A DNA stretch of 64,000 bases from Synergistaceae bacterium (GTDB lineage: Bacteria; Synergistota; Synergistia; Synergistales; Synergistaceae). The DNA is taken from positions 7,341-71,340 of the forward strand of contig JAAYFL010000016.1 in NCBI GenBank assembly GCA_012728235.1, written 5' to 3'. Each line of letters opens with the position of its first letter. The first letter of the stretch is position 1. The notes beneath the pieces are model-generated. The model saw only the letters and a list, made by a program, of their open reading frames with translations. It was not told the origin of the DNA and did no database searches. The position numbers were made by a program, and so were the translations under genes. Positions 27,620 through 36,576 of the stretch are shown one piece after another.

Positions 27620-28994
27620 TGTCCCGCTCCTTGTTTGTTATATCTTCTTGTAGATATTCGCCTGTAAAACAAGCCGTACAAAGCTGATCTTTTGGGATGC
27701 CGATGGATTCTACCAAGTCCTCCTCTGTTAAATACCCCAAGGAATCGGCATTGATTTTTTTGCATAACTCTTCTAAAGACATTTTTACTGCGGCCAAAGT
27801 TTTTTCTTTTCTAGAATCAACGCTATATTTACATGGAAATATCACAGGTGGAGAAGAGACTCTAAGGTGAACTTCAGTTGCTCCTGAATTTCTAATCATA
27901 GAAATAATACTTTGTGCAGTTGTCCCTCTAACTATAGAATCGTCTATAATAACCGCTTTTTTATTTTTGAAAACGTCAGATATGGGGTTTAGTTTAATTT
28001 TTACACCTAGTTCTCGAACCTTTTGGGTTGGTTGTATAAAAGTACGTCCTACATAGCGGTTTCGTACTACCGCTAATTCAAAAGGTGTTTTTGACTCTTC
28101 TGAATAACCAATTGCAGATATGGTACCGCTGTCTGGCATTCCTGCTGCGATATCTGCTTCAGGACAGGGAGCTTTAATAGCGAGTCTCCTGCCCATTTCC
28201 TTCCTGGCTTTATACACAGAGCGTCCGTCTATAACACTATCAGGTCTTGCAGTATAAACATATTCAAAGGAACACTTCATCCGACGTTTTGTATTATTCG
28301 GTGTTAGGATGTCAAGGCTTTTTATTCCATTTTTATTAATAATAACAATTTCGCCCGGATTGATATCTCTTATTAATTTCGCACCAACAATATCTAACGC
28401 ACATGATTCAGAAGCAAGATAGTAGGTGTTCTCTTTTTGTCCAAGACAGAGAGGTTTAAACCCCCATGGGTCTCGAAAAGCAACTAGTTCGTTTTCGAGT
28501 AAAACAAGAAGCGCACTAGAACCCTTAAGCTTTTTAAGAGAGGAGACTAAGGCTTCGATTGGTTGCATTTGTGCTTCTTGTGCAATCAAGTGTAAAATAG
28601 CCTCTGAGTCTGTTTCTGAATGAAAAATTGATCCGCGTTCTTCAAGTTCTTTTGTAAGGTCTGACAAATTAGTAATACATCCATCGTGTGATATGGCTAT
28701 GAGCCCTCTGGCGTAGTTTGCACTGAGAGGCAAGATGTTTTGAGGTTGAGATAAATCAAGAGGGGAACAGCTTACGTGTGCTATAGCACTGTGTGCAGAA
28801 ATCTCAGCAAGTTTTTGTTGGCTTAGCGCATCATGCAATAGACCCTGTCCGCGTGAAGAGCTTATTCGTCCATTGTCCGGCCAAGCAATTCCAGCTGCTT
28901 CTTGTCCTCTGTGCTGTAGTGCATATAAACCGAGATAGACTTCCTCTAAAACGGGGGTACCGGTAGTTGAAAAAGCTCCAAATATTCCACTCAT
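27612..28994 (-). CDS. purF: amidophosphoribosyltransferase PurF, 4Fe-4S type, with atypical glutaminase-domain residues
   Basis: The PRTase domain is intact (VIIDDSIVRGTT, NRYVGRTFIQP). Cluster cysteines are present (MKCSFEYVY, PCKYSVD, CTACFTGEY). The N-terminus is MSGIFG rather than MCGIFG. Confidence 0.9.
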   Translation of the reverse strand: MSGIFGAFSTTGTPVLEEVYLGLYALQHRGQEAAGIAWPDNGRISSSRGQGLLHDALSQQKLAEISAHSAIAHVSCSPLDLSQPQNILPLSANYARGLIAISHDGCITNLSDLTKELEERGSIFHSETDSEAILHLIAQEAQMQPIEALVSSLKKLKGSSALLVLLENELVAFRDPWGFKPLCLGQKENTYYLASESCALDIVGAKLIRDINPGEIVIINKNGIKSLDILTPNNTKRRMKCSFEYVYTARPDSVIDGRSVYKARKEMGRRLAIKAPCPEADIAAGMPDSGTISAIGYSEESKTPFELAVVRNRYVGRTFIQPTQKVRELGVKIKLNPISDVFKNKKAVIIDDSIVRGTTAQSIISMIRNSGATEVHLRVSSPPVIFPCKYSVDSRKEKTLAAVKMSLEELCKKINADSLGYLTEEDLVESIGIPKDQLCTACFTGEYLQEDITNKERDNE

Positions 28995-29000
28995 ACTAGA

Positions 29001-29714
29001 TTACTCCGAAATTCGTTTCCAAATTTCTCTGTAAGCGTCAAGCACCGTACCTAAATCTTTACGAAAGCGGTCTTTATCTAATTTATTCCCTGTCGAGCTA
29101 TCCCAAAAACGACACGTATCAGGGTAGATTTCATCGGCTAATATTATATTTCCGGAGGAGTCTTTCCCAAATTCAAGTTTAAAGTCCACGAGAGTTACTC
29201 CGCGTTTAAGAAAAAACTCTTTAAGAGTCTCGTTTACGCGCAATGAGACTTCCTTTAATTTTCTAATTTCTTCTTCCGTAGCCCAACCAAATTGAATTGC
29301 ATAATCTTCAATTATGAGAGGATCTCCAAGTTCGTCATTTTTATAGCTAAACTCAATGAGTGGATGTTTTAGCACCAATCCTTCTTCTACTCCAATACGT
29401 TTACACAGCGAACCGGTTGTTATATTACGGACAATTACTTCAAGAGTAATAATATCTACCCGCTTAACAATTTGATGAAGTTTATCTACCTTGCGAACGA
29501 AGTGGGATTCAATACCTTTTGCTGCCAAGTACTCAAATAGCTTTGAACTTATCTTATTATTAAGTTCTCCCTTGCCTTCCATGGTAGCTTTTTTTTGGCC
29601 ATTGAAGGCAGTAAAACTGTCTTTGTATTCGACAATAATTAGGTCGGGATCATCGGTAGTAAACAATTTTTTTGCTTTTCCTTCATAGATAAAATCTCTT
29701 TTTTCAACACTCAT
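29001..29714 (-). CDS. purC: SAICAR synthetase
   Basis: IYEGKAKKLF, LEVIVRN and LADEIYPDTCRFWD motifs. GGAGAGG RBS. Confidence 0.95.
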   Translation of the reverse strand: MSVEKRDFIYEGKAKKLFTTDDPDLIIVEYKDSFTAFNGQKKATMEGKGELNNKISSKLFEYLAAKGIESHFVRKVDKLHQIVKRVDIITLEVIVRNITTGSLCKRIGVEEGLVLKHPLIEFSYKNDELGDPLIIEDYAIQFGWATEEEIRKLKEVSLRVNETLKEFFLKRGVTLVDFKLEFGKDSSGNIILADEIYPDTCRFWDSSTGNKLDKDRFRKDLGTVLDAYREIWKRISE

Positions 29715-30172
29715 ATTTAACCTCTCCTTAAGAAACGCTATATATCAATATTTTTAATAATCAATCAGCAAAGTTCCAACAAGTTTCTATCCCTTATGTA
29801 TTTTTAATATTCTTGTATAAGCAAAAAACAACATGTCTTGCTCAGAGTTTTTAAACTGTGTCCACAAGGATATTTTTATTCTACCACTAATGTATTGAGA
29901 ACAAATAACTTCACAAAGAACATTTTTAAAATGCACTCATGAGTGTAAATAAAAATCTAAGAATAATATCTGTCTATAAACACTTTTTAATTAAATATGA
30001 GCTATTACATGTCTTTCAAAAAAATAACTAAAATGTTTTTTCGGTATAAAGTTTAAATTAAGAGCAATTGTGTTGGTTTAAAGCATGATGAAGCCTAGTT
30101 ATAATTATTTGAAGCTCTAATTTTTAATTAAACCAAAGTTATTAAAGTGTTAACAGAATATCCGGGGCATTC

Positions 30173-32323
30173 TTATTCCTCTCTATTAAAAGCCTTTGTT
30201 ATTTCTTCTAGAGAAACTGAAAAAATGTTATCCCATGAAAAAGATTTTCCCGTTGCTCTACCAATGCAGAGGAAAGGAAATCCTTCCCATATCATTTCAA
30301 ATTCCGTAGAATTTTCTTCTGGAACAGAATATACAGCACGCGCTCCCCCCTCTGAGAAAAGAAGGGATTCAATTGTCGTATGTGGTTTAAGGTCAATTTT
30401 CATACCTATTTCAGAGTCAATAGCTTCATTGGCTAAAGCTACAGCTATGCCGCCGCCAGATATGACTCTCCCCGAATTTGCCGTTTTTTTATGAGCTGTT
30501 TGTATTGCACGTTCTTTGAACAATTTCTCATTTAAATAATTAGGTTCAACAGTTTTACCTAAAGGTTTTTTGTTTTTTATTTTCTGGTAACGCGAGGCCC
30601 CTAGTGATCCGTCTATGTTTCCAACTAGATAAATCTTATCAGACTCTTTCGTTTTTCCTGATTTGAGAATATTATCTCTGTTAAGTATCAACCCTGCAGT
30701 AACCACCAGTGGGGTAGGATAAATGGACCCCAGCGGAGTTTCGTTATAAAGGCTAACGTTACCAGAAACAACGGGACAGCCAAGTTCACGTGATGTATCT
30801 GCAAGTCCTTTTATACAATATTCAAGTTCATAAAACTTTTCAGGCTTTTCGGGGGAAGCGAAGTTAAGGCAGTTAGTCATGCCTAGTGCTTCTGCACCAG
30901 AAAGCCAGATTTTGCGTAAAGAAGAAGCCATTGTTTCACTTGCACCTAAGTAGGGGTCTGTAAAACACTTCCAGGGTTCCGCCTCCATGGCCATCAAACA
31001 AGCCCGTTTGGTTTCAGGGACTTCTATGGCAGCTACGGGTGAGCCTGGTCCCATTATGGTGTTAAGCTGAACCATAGAATCAAATTGTTCCCAAATTTCA
31101 TGTTTGCTTCTTCCATTTGAGTGACGTAATAAATCAAGTAGATCATTTAAAGGAGAACTAGTTTCTAAGGATCCGAAGTCAATTTCTTGACGTTTTTTTA
31201 GGTCTTCTGGTTCAGTTGAAGGCCAGTTTATGACAGGTGTCTCTCCTAGAATATCGATGGGCAAACTTGCGATTTCTTCCTCACCTTTGAACACTCTATA
31301 AAGCAGATTGTCTGTTAATGTGCCTATCGCATCACAATCTAATCCGTAGTGTTTTGCTATGGCAAACACTTCATTTAAATTTTCTTCTTTTACAATAAGG
31401 AGCATACGTTCCTGTGTTTCTGATAAAAATATTTCCCAAGGCTCCATGCCTTCTTCTCTCAAAGGAATGTTAAGAACTTGTATATCAATGCCACATCCAC
31501 TTTTTTGTGCTATTTCACTAGATGAAGAAAGTATCCCCGCAGCTCCCATATCTTGCATTGAGGTTATAAGATTATTTTCAAGAATATCAAGACAGCACTC
31601 TACAATAAGTTTTTCTTCAAAAGGGTCGCCAATTGGGATATTAGTTTGATGTGTTTGTGCCACATCGTCTAATTCGCGAGAAGCAAATGAAGCTCCCGCA
31701 ATACCGTCTCTTCCTGTTTTTGATCCGAGTATAACTGCAATTTCTCCTGGATTGGCTGTTTGTGAACTAGTTATTTTGTCAAGACGAACAAATCCTGCTC
31801 CAAAGACGTTTACTAAAGGATTGTCATTAAAAGAGGGAGAGTAAAATGTTTTTCCACCGACAATAGGAATACCGATAGTGTTACCATAAAAGGCTGTGCC
31901 ATCTGTTATTTTTTCTGCAAGAGTTTGTGTTTTTTTAAGTTGAGGATCTCCTAAGAAGAGCCCGTCCATTGCGACGGAAGGTCGAGCCCCCATTGCTATG
32001 ATATCTCTCATAATCCCGCCAATTCCGGTTGCAGCTCCATGAAAAGGCGCTACTGCAGAAGGATGATTATGACTTTCTACTTTAAAAGCAAATCCCCATC
32101 CTTCGCCCATATTAACGACACCGGCATTTTCACCCTGCCCTTGAAGAACATACTTTCCCTCTTGAGGGAAGGTTTTTAATAGTGGACGTGTTGATTTATA
32201 GCTGCAATGCTCAGACCACATAACCCCTATAAGTTCTAATTCAAGGTGATTAGGGTTTCTATCTAAAATTTTTAAAATAGAGTCATATTCAGATTTAGAG
32301 AGTCCAACCTTTTGAAAATCCAT
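30173..32323 (-). CDS. purL: FGAM synthase II (large subunit)
   Basis: 716 aa with WSEHCSYKS, VESHNHPS and GGIMRDI motifs. Confidence 0.95.
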   Translation of the reverse strand: MDFQKVGLSKSEYDSILKILDRNPNHLELELIGVMWSEHCSYKSTRPLLKTFPQEGKYVLQGQGENAGVVNMGEGWGFAFKVESHNHPSAVAPFHGAATGIGGIMRDIIAMGARPSVAMDGLFLGDPQLKKTQTLAEKITDGTAFYGNTIGIPIVGGKTFYSPSFNDNPLVNVFGAGFVRLDKITSSQTANPGEIAVILGSKTGRDGIAGASFASRELDDVAQTHQTNIPIGDPFEEKLIVECCLDILENNLITSMQDMGAAGILSSSSEIAQKSGCGIDIQVLNIPLREEGMEPWEIFLSETQERMLLIVKEENLNEVFAIAKHYGLDCDAIGTLTDNLLYRVFKGEEEIASLPIDILGETPVINWPSTEPEDLKKRQEIDFGSLETSSPLNDLLDLLRHSNGRSKHEIWEQFDSMVQLNTIMGPGSPVAAIEVPETKRACLMAMEAEPWKCFTDPYLGASETMASSLRKIWLSGAEALGMTNCLNFASPEKPEKFYELEYCIKGLADTSRELGCPVVSGNVSLYNETPLGSIYPTPLVVTAGLILNRDNILKSGKTKESDKIYLVGNIDGSLGASRYQKIKNKKPLGKTVEPNYLNEKLFKERAIQTAHKKTANSGRVISGGGIAVALANEAIDSEIGMKIDLKPHTTIESLLFSEGGARAVYSVPEENSTEFEMIWEGFPFLCIGRATGKSFSWDNIFSVSLEEITKAFNREE

Positions 32324-33036
32324 TAAAATCCACCTCTTTCAGTAAAAGCATTAAAAATGGAGTTCCAGAATGAAATTCCATCTGCACCACCATTTAAATG
32401 TGGGAAGGTAGCGCGTTCCGGATGGGGCATTAGTCCCAAAACGTTGCCATTTTTATTGCAAACACCAGCTATTCCGTTTAGTGAGCCATTAGGTGCGAAT
32501 TCGCTTCCCGCATTGCCTGTCAAAGGATCAGCATATCTAAATACGACTTGTTCTGCTTCTTCTAATTCTTGAAGTTCTTTGGGGGGTAGGAAATAAAGAC
32601 CTTGATAATGCGCTATAGGGAATTGAACAATATCTCCGCTATTATATTTTTGCGTGAAAATATTCTTAGTTTGCTCAATTCTTAAATATGTTTTTTTACA
32701 AATAAAACGAAGAGACTCGTTAGGCATGAGGCTACCGGGAAGTAAGTGCGTTTCTGTTAGTATTTGAAAACCATTGCTAATACCTAGGAGCATTTTGCCA
32801 GAATTCGCGTGTTCTTTCACGGCATTCATTATAGGAGAACGTGAGGCGAGAGCTCCTCCTCGGAGATAGTCACCATATGAGCTTCCTCCTGGTAAAATGA
32901 CAAGATCTGGCTTGTTAGGAAGGGATGTTTCTTCATGCCAGATAAAGTCAACTTGTATATCTAATGTTTCAGATACGGCACGTTCGACATCTGAATAGTG
33001 GTTACTGCCTGGAAAAACAATAACTGAGGTTTTCAT
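32323..33036 (-). CDS. purQ: FGAM synthase I (glutaminase subunit PurQ) with Ser at the nucleophile position
   Basis: VIVFPGSN, LPGGSSYGDYLR and MPHPER (His/Glu of the triad) are present. The nucleophile elbow reads LLGISNGFQIL instead of G-x-C-N-GFQ. Confidence 0.9.
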   Translation of the reverse strand: MKTSVIVFPGSNHYSDVERAVSETLDIQVDFIWHEETSLPNKPDLVILPGGSSYGDYLRGGALASRSPIMNAVKEHANSGKMLLGISNGFQILTETHLLPGSLMPNESLRFICKKTYLRIEQTKNIFTQKYNSGDIVQFPIAHYQGLYFLPPKELQELEEAEQVVFRYADPLTGNAGSEFAPNGSLNGIAGVCNKNGNVLGLMPHPERATFPHLNGGADGISFWNSIFNAFTERGGF

Positions 33037-33290
33037 TAACTTAAGTTCTCAATTGAGACAGAATATGTTTCTGTTAGTTCATTAACAAGCAAGTCTTTAC
33101 ATATTGACTCTGTAGACTTTTTTGCACTTTCAATATTCTCTGCCTCTAATTTTAGTTTAATAATCTTCCCGACCGTTACCTCTTGTAAATTAGAATAATT
33201 CATGCGTATTAGAGTTTTTTTTACCGCTTTACCTTGGATGTCAAGAACCCCTTCTCGTGGTGTGATATGAATTGCAGCCTCAAAAATCAT
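33036..33290 (-). CDS. purS: FGAM synthase subunit PurS
   Basis: 84 aa with ITPREGVLDIQGKAV. The stop overlaps the purQ start. GGAGG RBS. Confidence 0.85.
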   Translation of the reverse strand: MIFEAAIHITPREGVLDIQGKAVKKTLIRMNYSNLQEVTVGKIIKLKLEAENIESAKKSTESICKDLLVNELTETYSVSIENLS

Positions 33291-33350
33291 AAAAATGGCC
33301 TCCTTGAATTTTTATATGTTTAAAGTTTATAAACGATACCTAGAGTTGAA

Positions 33351-33379
33351 AATATATATCGTTCTACAATAAATGTCAA
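33351..33379 (-). promoter_or_regulatory. candidate promoter of purSQL
   Basis: On the minus strand: TTGACA (33379-33374), exact 17-nt spacer, TATATT (33356-33351). This leaves a leader of about 55 nt before the purS ATG. Confidence 0.6.
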
Positions 33380-33668
33380 TGTATTTTATAACTTGTTGAT
33401 GTTTTAAAAACATAGTAATTATCGGCTTTTGTGTGTCATACGTGGAGCGAATTTAATATATTTTTTCATCATTATTTTTTAAAAGAATAAATATTGTTAA
33501 CCTTGTCGGAGAGCTGTGACAATGTTAGTATTTGCGAGTACTAATGTTTATAGCAATAGTTTTTGAGAAATAATTTAATAAATGGTATTCTGAGTTAAGA
33601 ACACCTATTATTCTAATTATATGCAGAATGAGCACAACTTCAAGGAGAAAGCAAGAAGGGTATGTATT

Positions 33669-34715
33669 ATGAATAATCTTAAAACAATAGATTTTTTAGC
33701 TGAGAATAAAGAGCTATGTAAGAAAGATCTTATATCACTAATTGCGACTTTTGATGAGGATGATAGAAAATATGCTGCTCAAAAAGCAGTAGAAGTTTCA
33801 AAAAATATATTTGATAATAAGATTTTTTTAAGAGGACTTATAGAAATTACCAATTTCTGTAATAAAAATTGTTTTTATTGTGGCATAAGAAGAGAGAACC
33901 AAAGGGCAGAGCGCTATCGCCTCTCAGTTGAAGATATTATCAAGTGTTGTGAGCTAGGATATAAACAGGGACTTCGTACTTTTGTTCTGCAGGGAGGTGA
34001 AGACGCATTTTTTTCAGATGAGTTAGTAGTGCAGATAATTAGAAAAATAAAAACACGCTTTTCTGATTGTGCAGTAACCTTATCATTAGGAGAAAAAAGC
34101 AAGGAATCGTATAAAAAATTATTTAACGCCGGAGCGGATAGATACCTTTTAAGGCACGAAAGCATTTCGTCTAGTCACTATAAAAAACTTCACCCAAAAG
34201 AGTTCAGCATACAGAGCAGAACACGCTGTCTTTATGATCTAAAAGAGATTGGTTACCAAACCGGTTGTGGTTTTATGGTTGGCTCTCCATATCAGACAAA
34301 TGAGAATATAGTTGCTGATCTATTATTTATAAAAAAGTTTTCTCCGGCTATGATTGGTATCGGTCCGTTTATACCGCATAAGGATACGCCATTTCATTCT
34401 CAAAAAGCAGGAAGTGCAAAATTAACTTTATTTTTACTCAGTCTCATAAGATTAATGTTGCCGGATGTCTTGCTGCCCACAACGACGGCCTTAAGTACAT
34501 TAGATGATTATGGTATAGAGCTGGGAGTTCTATCAGGGGCTAATGTGGTAATGCCTAATTTAACACCTTATAAAGCAAGAAAAAACTATCTTCTATATGA
34601 TAATAAAAAGGGTACAACAAACGAAAATGACGAGAACGCAATATTAATAATAGAGAAATTAAAGAGAATAGGATATACAGTCCCTGTGGATCGCGGGGAT
34701 TATATCAAACGATAA
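33669..34715 (+). CDS. hydE: [FeFe]-hydrogenase maturase HydE-like radical SAM protein (BioB-like)
   Basis: LIEITNFCNKNCFYCGIRRENQRAERYRL (CxxxCxxC), FVLQGGED and GCGFMVGSPYQT motifs. The ATG at 33669 is preferred on N-terminal length and a GAAGGG RBS. Confidence 0.75.
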   Translation: MNNLKTIDFLAENKELCKKDLISLIATFDEDDRKYAAQKAVEVSKNIFDNKIFLRGLIEITNFCNKNCFYCGIRRENQRAERYRLSVEDIIKCCELGYKQGLRTFVLQGGEDAFFSDELVVQIIRKIKTRFSDCAVTLSLGEKSKESYKKLFNAGADRYLLRHESISSSHYKKLHPKEFSIQSRTRCLYDLKEIGYQTGCGFMVGSPYQTNENIVADLLFIKKFSPAMIGIGPFIPHKDTPFHSQKAGSAKLTLFLLSLIRLMLPDVLLPTTTALSTLDDYGIELGVLSGANVVMPNLTPYKARKNYLLYDNKKGTTNENDENAILIIEKLKRIGYTVPVDRGDYIKR

Positions 34716-34776
34716 AATTCTAGTTTTTTCGTGATTCTGATACATTGAAATATTTGAATAGAATAAATTATAAATG

Positions 34777-34820
34777 AACGGAGGCTGGTGTTTTTCTGCC
34801 TCCGTTTATATTTTTTGTAT
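34777..34820. terminator. intrinsic terminator between hydE and the convergent kinase-like gene
   Basis: AACGGAGGC ... GCCTCCGTT stem followed by TATATTTTTT. Confidence 0.7.
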
Positions 34821-34910
34821 TAATCTGGTTCTCGTGAAATCTCTGCAAGAGCCTTGTATTTAAAATAACAGGCGATTGGTCTTACGCTCATTTTGCTCAA
34901 GTTTTATATT

Positions 34911-35522
34911 TTATAAGATTATATTATGTGCATTTTTTACTATATTCACCACAAACTCTGCACATTGATTGATTCCAACCACTCCTGTATTTAGTGAGAT
35001 GTGATAATTTTGTGCTAAACCCCACTGTTTGCCAGTATAGTATTTGTAGTATACGGAACGTTTTTTATCTTTTTCTTCTAAACGCTGGAATGGAGAATGT
35101 TTTGTTTCTCCATATAACTGAGTAATTCTCTTGGCTCGGAAAGCCATATCTGCGTGGAAAAAAGTATGTAAACAGTCTTTCCTTTCCTTTAGTATAAAAT
35201 CAGCACAACGACCAACAATTACACAGCTTTCTCTTTGCGCTAAATCGGAGATTATGTTATTTTGAATAACAAACAGTTGGTCAGATAATGAAGGACTAGA
35301 ACTATCCTTACAATTTGAAATATTGAAGAAAAACTCATTTGTAGTACAAGCGTACTCACCTGACTCTTGAATGAACTCTTCCGCAAGACCACTTTCTTTT
35401 GCAATTTTAGTCACAAGTTCTCCATCATAATAATTTATACCAAGACTGTTTGCAATCATTCTAGCTATTGTGCGTCCTCCGCTTCCAAACTCGCGACTGA
35501 CGGTAATCACTCGAATATTCAT
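34911..35522 (-). CDS. cytidylate kinase-like family protein (AAA/P-loop)
   Basis: 203 aa. N-terminal ITVSREFGSGGRTIARMIANSLGINYYD is typical of the Cytidylate_kin2-type family. Confidence 0.7.
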   Translation of the reverse strand: MNIRVITVSREFGSGGRTIARMIANSLGINYYDGELVTKIAKESGLAEEFIQESGEYACTTNEFFFNISNCKDSSSPSLSDQLFVIQNNIISDLAQRESCVIVGRCADFILKERKDCLHTFFHADMAFRAKRITQLYGETKHSPFQRLEEKDKKRSVYYKYYTGKQWGLAQNYHISLNTGVVGINQCAEFVVNIVKNAHNIIL

Positions 35523-35842
35523 TTAAAAACCTCCAATTCTACGTATAATAAATAACCCAAATAAAGCCGTCTATTTTTGTTTTCATTTGAGATGTATGCG
35601 ACTGTCTATTTAAAGCATTTCTGCGATATAAGGCGTGATAGGTTTTTGTATTTGTCAAAAATATTTTAAATTATTCTTAATAAGAAGGAGCATATTCGTA
35701 AAAAAACACACTACATCACACGTCTATCACGCTAAAGCCATAGTACAAGGATATCATGCGAGAGCTTATAAAGCAAATGAATACTGCCTTTGAATGAGCT
35801 TGCTGTAGTTAGAATATAAAAGCCGGATTCGTTTTATTTATA

Positions 35843-35876
35843 AAAATTAGAGACAGTTTCGGCTGTCTCTAATTTT
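35843..35876 (-). terminator. intrinsic terminator after the 35944-36576 gene
   Basis: AAAATTAGAGACAG - 6-nt loop - CTGTCTCTAATTTT. On the minus strand it is followed by TTTTTATAAAT. Confidence 0.7.
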
Positions 35877-35943
35877 GAAATGACACTTATAAATGAGTAC
35901 TTAATAGCTGTTATTTATTTGGAATTTTATATCCAAAATGTGC

Positions 35944-36576
35944 TTAGTTTGCGTCTAAAGTAAGTCCTAAATTGCCGGCTGCGGTTTCTGCTATTATATC
36001 GTTTGCGATAATAGCTTCTCCTACAACTCCATCAAGAGAATCTAACATTTTTCCGTTTGAAATAAGGGGGAAGTGTCCTCCATTACAAGCAAGGACTGAG
36101 TATTTTGGATTAGTGCCTTCATCATGATAGGAGAAAATTAAATCTCTGACGCCCTTAGTAATATTATTGCTTATTATTATTGGAGTAGAAACAAGAGTGA
36201 ATTCTTGTCTAACTTCAAGCTCTCCATCATTTTCAAAAACCCAAAGGGCTTTGTTTCTATTAGTACCACTTGTAAAAGGGTTCATTATAACTACAAATAT
36301 TTCTTTATTGCCGTCAGAGTTTAAATCTACGAAATTATAGAAATATCTTGTTTTCTTATAATCTTCTTTTTGTATGTCATAGTAGTTTATTATAAGTTGT
36401 TGTAGACGTGGATGGGCTTTTGTTTCTGCTTTTAAACCAGTTATATTTTCTGGTAAATCCACTATATTAATTTCTTTATTCTTTGTAGCTGCCATCGCAA
36501 TCACAGCAACTACCATAGTTATAAAGATGACTCCGAGTGCAAGTAAAGGAGCTGATCCCTTATATTTGTCTCTCAT
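35944..36576 (-). CDS. hypothetical membrane-anchored protein
   Basis: 210 aa with one N-terminal TM helix (APLLALGVIFITMVVAVIAMAA). The extracytoplasmic domain carries a DLNSDGNKEIF stretch. I recognise no family. Confidence 0.6.
   Translation of the reverse strand: MRDKYKGSAPLLALGVIFITMVVAVIAMAATKNKEINIVDLPENITGLKAETKAHPRLQQLIINYYDIQKEDYKKTRYFYNFVDLNSDGNKEIFVVIMNPFTSGTNRNKALWVFENDGELEVRQEFTLVSTPIIISNNITKGVRDLIFSYHDEGTNPKYSVLACNGGHFPLISNGKMLDSLDGVVGEAIIANDIIAETAAGNLGLTLDAN

Noticed and set aside
33291-33350. Expected a purine or ZTP riboswitch in the purS leader, as in many Firmicutes pur operons.
   Set aside because: With the TTGACA-17-TATATT promoter, the leader is only about 55 nt. It lacks the conserved purine-riboswitch junction sequences and the ZTP GGGUCGUGAC/CCGCCUGGGCA-type blocks. 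There is no terminator hairpin before purS.
33354-33458. Possible PurR operator (PurBox) half-sites: GAACGATAT within the purS promoter spacer, AAATTCGCT upstream, and TATACCGAAAAAA at about 30041-30053 in the purL-purC spacer.
   Set aside because: Each matches the remembered B. subtilis PurBox (AWWWCCGAACWWT) only partially. None forms the inverted pair with the 16-17 bp spacing required for PurR binding. This is too weak to annotate.
35556-35842. Possible plus-strand small RNA or riboswitch in the 320-bp gap upstream of the cytidylate-kinase-like gene, running from a TTGTCA box at 35652 to the 35843-35876 hairpin.
   Set aside because: The -10 partner (TCTTAA) is poor. I could identify no conserved-looking structure and no ORF with an RBS. 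The hairpin is fully explained as the terminator of the upstream minus-strand gene.
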